A stretch of 33,995 nt of DNA. Source: Candidatus Thorarchaeota archaeon. GTDB taxonomy: Archaea; Asgardarchaeota; Thorarchaeia; Thorarchaeales; Thorarchaeaceae. Shown here in pieces: positions 28,836 through 33,995 of this stretch (its first letter is position 1; the number at the start of each line of letters is the position of its first letter). Location of the stretch: assembly GCA_029858305.1 (NCBI GenBank), contig JAOUFI010000021.1:1-33995 (forward strand), written 5' to 3'. The position numbers were made by a program, and so were the translations under genes. Below the pieces are notes generated by a model. The model did not search any database and had not been told where the DNA came from. It saw only the letters and a list, made by a program, of their open reading frames with translations.

Positions 28836-30538
28836 GTGAAGAAGCTCTCGGGTGGCTTTTCCCAAATGTTCTCATCTGCAGAAGCAATCACATATTGGTA
28901 CCCTTGTTCTGTGAGGAATAATTGTCGTTTTGCTGCAAAATCCATGTCTCTAGTATCTTTGGTAACTAGAGAGTAGAATCGAGCGAAACTTCCATCGGTC
29001 TTTGGTCTAAGAATTCTTCCTAGGCGTTGAGCCTCCTCTTGGCGTGATCCGAACGTGCCTGAAACCTGGATTGCCACATTCGCGTCTGGTAGGTCAATTG
29101 CAAAGTTTGCTACCTTTGACACAATGAGAATTTTTTCTTCACCCTCCCTAAAAGCATCATAAAGTCGTTCTCTCTCCTCATTGCTAGTCTTGCCTGTTAT
29201 TAGGGGTGCCCCAACGTCGTTGGCAATGAGGCCAAGTTGATCAAGATACATACCAATGACAAGTACATTGTCATCTTTATGATGAGCAAGTATTTTGTTT
29301 ATGATTTCAATCTTGTCTGGATTCTCTGCAGCTATTCTATACTTCTTCCGATCTTCTGCGATAGCATACTGTCTTCTCATATTATCCGGAAGGTCAAGTC
29401 TGATCTCATAACAAATCGCGGTGGCAATCCATCCTTGATCTTCCAATAATTTCCAAGGCATATCAAATCGTTTAGGTCCAATTAGACTGAAGACATCTTC
29501 CTCCTTGCCATCCTCTCTAACGAGTGTTGCGGTAAGTCCTAGTCTTCTAGTAGCTTGGATTGCTGCGGTAGCTCTAAAGACTGGTGCTGGAAGAAGATGA
29601 ACCTCATCATAGATTAATAGGCCCCAGTTTCTCGCTTGGAATATCTTGAAGTGTTCGAACTCACCATCTCTCGATTTTCGCCAGGTCAAGATTTGATATG
29701 TGGCAACAGTGACTGGGCGTACTTCCTTTGCATCCCCTGTATATTCTCCTATTTCTTCAGGTCTAAGAGTCGTCTTATCTAGAAGCTCGTGAATCCACTG
29801 TCTAACTGCAATTACATTCGGACATAGAATCAGTGTGGAGGTCTGCAGTTTATGCATGGCTCCTATTCCTACCATTGTTTTGCCAGCGCCACATGGCAGA
29901 ACTACCACTCCCGAACCTCCCCTTTCTCCGCCACCTGCATAGAATGTCGCAACCGAGTCATCTTGATAGGCTCTGAGTTTCCAAGCTTTTCCTTCAAGTG
30001 TCATTGTTCGGATTTCAAATGGAAGATGTTCTCCCTCGACATAACCTGCAATATCTTCTACTGGATGACCAATCTCAATCAGTGCATGTTTAATGAAACC
30101 TCGCTGTGACTCATCGACTCTAAATGTGACATCATCAACTCGATCGATGAGGTATTGCGTGATTTTAGAATTCGCCCAGATCTCCTCTGCGAGGTCTTCA
30201 TTCTCACAGAGCAAGAGAAGATCGAGTCCGTCCTTGTAGAGTGAAAGTTGTCCGTATCGAGACATATAGTCTATAATCTCACGAGAAATATTGCCTGGAA
30301 TAGGATATTTTGCAAACTCCTCTAAAGCTGCAATGACCTCATTTGGAGTCATCCCCATTGCAGCAGCATTCCAAAGACTTAGGGGCGAAATTCTGTATGT
30401 ATGTACATACTCTGGACTTTTCACAAGTTCAGCAAAACGAGCTAATGAATCTCTAGCATCCGCATACAAGGGATTGTCAACTTCTAGGAGGACCGATTTA
30501 TCAGATTGCACGATAAGCGGATTACTCAGATTCGCCAT
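28832..30538 (-). CDS. xpb: XPB/Rad25 DNA helicase-translocase, long form with N-terminal Helicase_C_3 domain
   Basis: PLIVQSDKSVLLEV, VLPCGAGKT, DEVH, TATLVREDG, SKVANFAIDLP, GSRQEEAQRLGRILR. Confidence 0.95.
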   Translation of the reverse strand: MANLSNPLIVQSDKSVLLEVDNPLYADARDSLARFAELVKSPEYVHTYRISPLSLWNAAAMGMTPNEVIAALEEFAKYPIPGNISREIIDYMSRYGQLSLYKDGLDLLLLCENEDLAEEIWANSKITQYLIDRVDDVTFRVDESQRGFIKHALIEIGHPVEDIAGYVEGEHLPFEIRTMTLEGKAWKLRAYQDDSVATFYAGGGERGGSGVVVLPCGAGKTMVGIGAMHKLQTSTLILCPNVIAVRQWIHELLDKTTLRPEEIGEYTGDAKEVRPVTVATYQILTWRKSRDGEFEHFKIFQARNWGLLIYDEVHLLPAPVFRATAAIQATRRLGLTATLVREDGKEEDVFSLIGPKRFDMPWKLLEDQGWIATAICYEIRLDLPDNMRRQYAIAEDRKKYRIAAENPDKIEIINKILAHHKDDNVLVIGMYLDQLGLIANDVGAPLITGKTSNEERERLYDAFREGEEKILIVSKVANFAIDLPDANVAIQVSGTFGSRQEEAQRLGRILRPKTDGSFARFYSLVTKDTRDMDFAAKRQLFLTEQGYQYVIASADENIWEKPPESFFT

Positions 30539-30715
30539 TTTCTTTAACTTCCAGATTATCTTGATTTTATTCGCCAGTACTTTTCAACTAGGCAGAAATC
30601 GAAGAACGGCGCATTCTTAGCGTGATAAATCCTTCCTTCATGGCCGTATTTTTTGTTGTAACCTCTAGTTATATTAGCACCATAAATACGATGAAAGGAG
30701 CACGAGGACTGTGGC

Positions 30716-32149
30716 ATGTCAAGCAGTACTGAAACGATTCGGAGGACGAGTTTGTATCGAAACCCCCGTGTATTGGTCTTGGGTATTGATGCACTGCTTA
30801 TCATGCTTGGATTTGGGATAGTCGCTCCGTCAATGTCATATTATCTAATTGCACTTGAGGGTGGTTTGACACAACCTCCTGGTCCTGGTTATATCGTACC
30901 TCCAGAAGTTGTTGCTGAATTTTCCCTGATACTTGGCGTGATGATGGCTGCTTTCATGGGAACACGTACTCTATTAGCTAGATACTGGGGCGGAGCATCT
31001 GATACACATGGACGGAAACCTATCATCATGATTGGACTAGCAGGTTATGTTCTCCTGCTCATTCTCTTTGGATTGTCGCAAAATTGGATTCAGATGCTAG
31101 CAGTTCGAGCTTTCCAAGGTGTGGTATCTGCGATGGTCTGGCCAACAGCTGAAGCAGCTCTAATGGATATTGTTGGTCCCTTGCGAAGGGGTGAGGGAAT
31201 GGGACTTTATATGGTTCTTTCTAACATTGGATTTGTTCTTGGTCCTGGTGTTGGGGGGCTTCTCTATAATTATTGTAGAGACTTTTTGTTACTACCAGTT
31301 CCTGATGTTTTTAGGGTACCATACTTTATTGGTGCTCTAATAACTCTCCCAGCAGTACTTGTGACAGCAATTATTCTAAGAGAAACAGCGCCAGGAAAGA
31401 TTGAAGCAGATTCTAAGAAACGTGAATTATTACAAGCTCCATCTTCCGAGGTCCATACTGCGAAGGTCATTAATCCATCTACGGATGAAGATGAGATGAC
31501 TCCTAAAAGGCAGAAAATGATCTATGTGCTTTACGTGATGTCTGCGTTCAATGGTGTTGCAATGGGATTAGGTCAACCTATATTCCAGCTCTTTCTAATG
31601 AGTAGAATCACCACAGATATCGGTCTCATTGGACTAGTAATCTCAGGAGCAGGAGCTGTTGGATTGCTGTTCTCAGTACCCGCAGGCCGATATTCAGACA
31701 AAAAAGGAAGGAAAGGTCTTGCTGTTTGGGGGGCAGTTGGGGCAAGGGCAAGTCTAGCAGTGTTGCCACTTACAACTGACCTTGTACAAACGAGTGCAAT
31801 ATGGATTGGGCAATCAGCTGCAATGTCTGCTTCACAACCTGCGATGAGAGCAATACAAGCTGATATAGTTCCCTGGAATCTGCGTGGTAAACTCTTCGGT
31901 ACAATTCAAGCCTTCTTCAATGCAGGGGCTACTTTCGGACCAATTGTTGGTGGAGCTCTGTTTGCGTATTTTTCATTGATTCTCATTCCACTTGGACCAC
32001 TGGTGATTGATGGAATTGTTGTGCCATTCTGGTTGGCTTCCATTCTGGGAATCATTGGAGCATTTTTAATCTGGAAATATGTCGATGAAACCAGACCTGT
32101 CGAAATTGTAAAAGCAGATATAGACGAAATTGTGGCTGATGCTACTTAG
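30716..32149 (+). CDS. MFS transporter (DHA1-like)
   Basis: Motif A twice (GGASDTHGRKP, GRYSDKKGRK), RAFQG, GPGVGG; about 12 TM helices. Confidence 0.93.
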   Translation: MSSSTETIRRTSLYRNPRVLVLGIDALLIMLGFGIVAPSMSYYLIALEGGLTQPPGPGYIVPPEVVAEFSLILGVMMAAFMGTRTLLARYWGGASDTHGRKPIIMIGLAGYVLLLILFGLSQNWIQMLAVRAFQGVVSAMVWPTAEAALMDIVGPLRRGEGMGLYMVLSNIGFVLGPGVGGLLYNYCRDFLLLPVPDVFRVPYFIGALITLPAVLVTAIILRETAPGKIEADSKKRELLQAPSSEVHTAKVINPSTDEDEMTPKRQKMIYVLYVMSAFNGVAMGLGQPIFQLFLMSRITTDIGLIGLVISGAGAVGLLFSVPAGRYSDKKGRKGLAVWGAVGARASLAVLPLTTDLVQTSAIWIGQSAAMSASQPAMRAIQADIVPWNLRGKLFGTIQAFFNAGATFGPIVGGALFAYFSLILIPLGPLVIDGIVVPFWLASILGIIGAFLIWKYVDETRPVEIVKADIDEIVADAT

Positions 32150-32241
32150 GTAATTCCAATTCTCGCGGTGACCGCAACGCCTATATACTTCTAGTTCGGG
32201 GAAACTTCTTGATTTTATGGAATCGGAGGTGCAAAATAACA

Positions 32242-32298
32242 ATGACTGTTATAGACATTAATCTATATGATACCTGCACCACCGTTGAGGATGTCTAA
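32242..32298 (+). CDS. Putative 18-aa leader peptide MTVIDINLYDTCTTVEDV
   Basis: GGAGGT Shine-Dalgarno at 32225-32230, ATG 32242, TAA 32296-32298; below the ORF-track size cut-off. Confidence 0.45.
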   Translation: MTVIDINLYDTCTTVEDV

Positions 32299-32426
32299 CC
32301 AGCATCCGCTGCTTCTGTGAGCCTTCATTCATTTCACGCATCATGTGTGAAGATGCTATGAAGCACAATGCGTGCTGTAGGTCTCTGTTTTTCGGATATT
32401 CATGTGCTACTAACATATGATGCGTG
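32289..32426 (+). promoter_or_regulatory. Putative structured leader RNA with alternative pairings upstream of the RIO kinases
   Basis: 14-bp stem 32335-32348/32413-32426 (one G-U) competes with hairpins 32333-32351 and 32400-32420; further stems 32289-32307, 32301-32306/32352-32357 and 32362-32376. Confidence 0.4.
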
Positions 32427-32632
32427 TAACTCGTCAATGAGAGTGTAAGAAAAGTTGCATAAAGAAAACACAAGCAGCCATACGGGCTCTTCAACGCAAA
32501 GAACAAGCAGCCCAAACGCAGTGGAAAATACCAGTCTGATGAAGGACCGGTCAAAGCGTAGACAAAGCAAGAAGCTTACAGTCCAACACATCAGGGAGAT
32601 GTACTCTCCAGGACCATCAGAGGTGATCTAGA

Positions 32633-33451
32633 ATGACTGGTGTCGTGGAGAAGTTAAATCCAAAAAAACCGAGTGCTCTCTCTATGAAGCGTGATACTCA
32701 ACGTGGCACCCAGCGCGGCTGGACTGTTGAGATCAAAGAGCTAACATTGAGTGAGGTAAAGGAAGATGCCATTCGCTTTGCACTAGCTACTGATGTTGCC
32801 TACCAGATTAATGCAGGGAAAGAAGCCTCGATTTATATTGCATTCTACAAAGACCATCCTATCATTCTGAAAGCTTTCAGATTCTGGCAGACCTCTCAAG
32901 CTAAGAAGTCTAAGGGATTCTTTGCTCCAGGAAGAATGCAGGTTTTGGCAGCAAAGGAATATGATCTCCTCCTAGCTTGTTTCAAGGCAGGTATGCATGT
33001 ACCAACTCCCATAGGACGAGTTGGGAATTACCTGACCCAGAGATTCATCGGCGATGGATTGAAGCCAGCTCCTCAGCTTAGGACAGTCGATTTAGAAGAT
33101 CCCGAAACAGTACTGGATCAGATTCTAGATGATTATCTTATAATGTATCGAGATGTCCAATATGTCCACGGCGACCTGAGTGCCTACAATATCCTCTGGT
33201 GGAAGGATACTCCCTGGTTCATAGATATGCCACAAGCGTATAATGTCAATCCATGGTCTGACATGAAGCAGGTTGAATCATTGCTCCGACGAGATATTGC
33301 AAATGTTCTCAGATACTTCAAAAAATATGGGATTTCTCGAAATCCGGATTACATTGTACAGGTCTTTCTGTCTGAGTATCTCCCTGCCAATTTGAGGAAC
33401 TATACAGAGGAGCTCCCCTCATTCCCCCAGGAAGGTGGATTGTATGAGTAG
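32633..33451 (+). CDS. rio1: RIO1-family atypical kinase/ATPase (copy 1)
   Basis: INAGKEASIY, ILKAFR, KEY..L, VPTP, HGDLSAYNIL, IDMPQA, LRRDIAN; SD GAGGTGA at 32620-32626. Confidence 0.9.
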   Translation: MTGVVEKLNPKKPSALSMKRDTQRGTQRGWTVEIKELTLSEVKEDAIRFALATDVAYQINAGKEASIYIAFYKDHPIILKAFRFWQTSQAKKSKGFFAPGRMQVLAAKEYDLLLACFKAGMHVPTPIGRVGNYLTQRFIGDGLKPAPQLRTVDLEDPETVLDQILDDYLIMYRDVQYVHGDLSAYNILWWKDTPWFIDMPQAYNVNPWSDMKQVESLLRRDIANVLRYFKKYGISRNPDYIVQVFLSEYLPANLRNYTEELPSFPQEGGLYE

Positions 33452-33995
33452 AGTTGACAAATTCAATCCACTCGCAAAGGGCTCTGAGATAGACCTGAAG
33501 CGTGATTCTCTCAGAGGAGGTACAAGTGGAAAGGCTGTTCTTGAAGAACCTCGCTTCGAAAAAATTCGAAAAGAGGCAATTACTCTTGGACTCGCAACCG
33601 ATGTCAGTTACACTATGAGTGCAGGCAAGGAAGCAACAATCTTTCTTGCAAAGTGGAACGATCATCCGATCATCCTCAAGGCGTACCGAATCTGGGCTAC
33701 TCCCCATAAGTTGTCCATGACGAAAGGCCACATTCGTGAATCGAGTGGAAAGAAGACAAGGTGGATTCTCGGTCTATTAGAAGATATAGCAGTGAAAGAA
33801 TATGACATTCTTCAGAATTGCTTCAAGGCTGGAGTAAGAGTGCCCACGCCTATTTCACGAGTCGCAAATTATCTAACAATGCGTTTCATTGGTGATGGTG
33901 AATTTCCTGCACCCCAATTAAGAGATGTCGAATTAGAAAATCCTGAGGCTGTTCTAAACGAAATCTTCAATCAATATCTACTGATGTATCGAGAT
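33444..33995 (+). CDS. rio1: RIO1-family kinase (copy 2, runs off the window)
   Basis: Not in the ORF track. Manual translation: MSRVDKFNP...LATDVSYTMSAGKEATIF...HPIILKAYR...KEYDIL..CFKAGVRVPTP...APQLRDV...LLMYRD; overlaps the end of copy 1 by 8 nt. Confidence 0.9.
   Translation, partial: MSRVDKFNPLAKGSEIDLKRDSLRGGTSGKAVLEEPRFEKIRKEAITLGLATDVSYTMSAGKEATIFLAKWNDHPIILKAYRIWATPHKLSMTKGHIRESSGKKTRWILGLLEDIAVKEYDILQNCFKAGVRVPTPISRVANYLTMRFIGDGEFPAPQLRDVELENPEAVLNEIFNQYLLMYRD

Noticed and set aside
27876-32149. Antibiotic-resistance cassette (APH-like kinase plus MFS)
   Set aside because: The genes are separated by xpb, both families are broad, and there are no mobility signatures.
32536-32562. 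CTGATGA resembling a hammerhead ribozyme core
   Set aside because: No GAAA after a viable stem II and no flanking stems I and III.
32258-32591. Minus-strand ORFs 32258-32554 and 32400-32591
   Set aside because: No homology cues, and they run opposite to the SD-bearing plus-strand leader and flanking genes.
1-33995. CRISPR arrays, tRNA/rRNA genes, transposases, integrases, DGR-type repeats
   Set aside because: No regularly spaced repeats, cloverleafs or mobile-element motifs seen by eye; the giant gene's repeats are visible only at protein level.

Overview
Gene-dense archaeal chromosomal window. Archaeal-type Orc1/Cdc6, RFC small subunit, a RadA paralogue, RIO kinases and DUF2240, plus giant single-pass surface proteins, suggest an Asgard archaeon, probably Thorarchaeia-like (inference only). 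Left to right: a divergent pair of related surface proteins (one partial, one ~3,140 aa with DUF2341, LamG, ~20 Ig-like repeats, one TM helix and a ~240-aa cytoplasmic tail); an ATPase-dead RadA paralogue; a Zn-ribbon protein; GcvH; a motif-degenerate Orc1/Cdc6; a GlcD/GlcF-like oxidoreductase pair; malic enzyme; a SagB-type nitroreductase; tandem BCP peroxiredoxins; three co-oriented, distantly paralogous 4-TM proteins of unknown function plus a small 2-TM protein; a core-MetE-like enzyme; a DNA-repair-like cluster (p52/Tfb2-like XPB partner, RFC-S with an insertion, DUF2240, phosphotransferase, long-form XPB); an MFS transporter; and tandem RIO1 kinases behind a short leader ORF with mutually exclusive RNA stems. 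No rRNA, tRNA, CRISPR array or mobile element was seen. Family assignments come from motif recognition by eye, not database searches.
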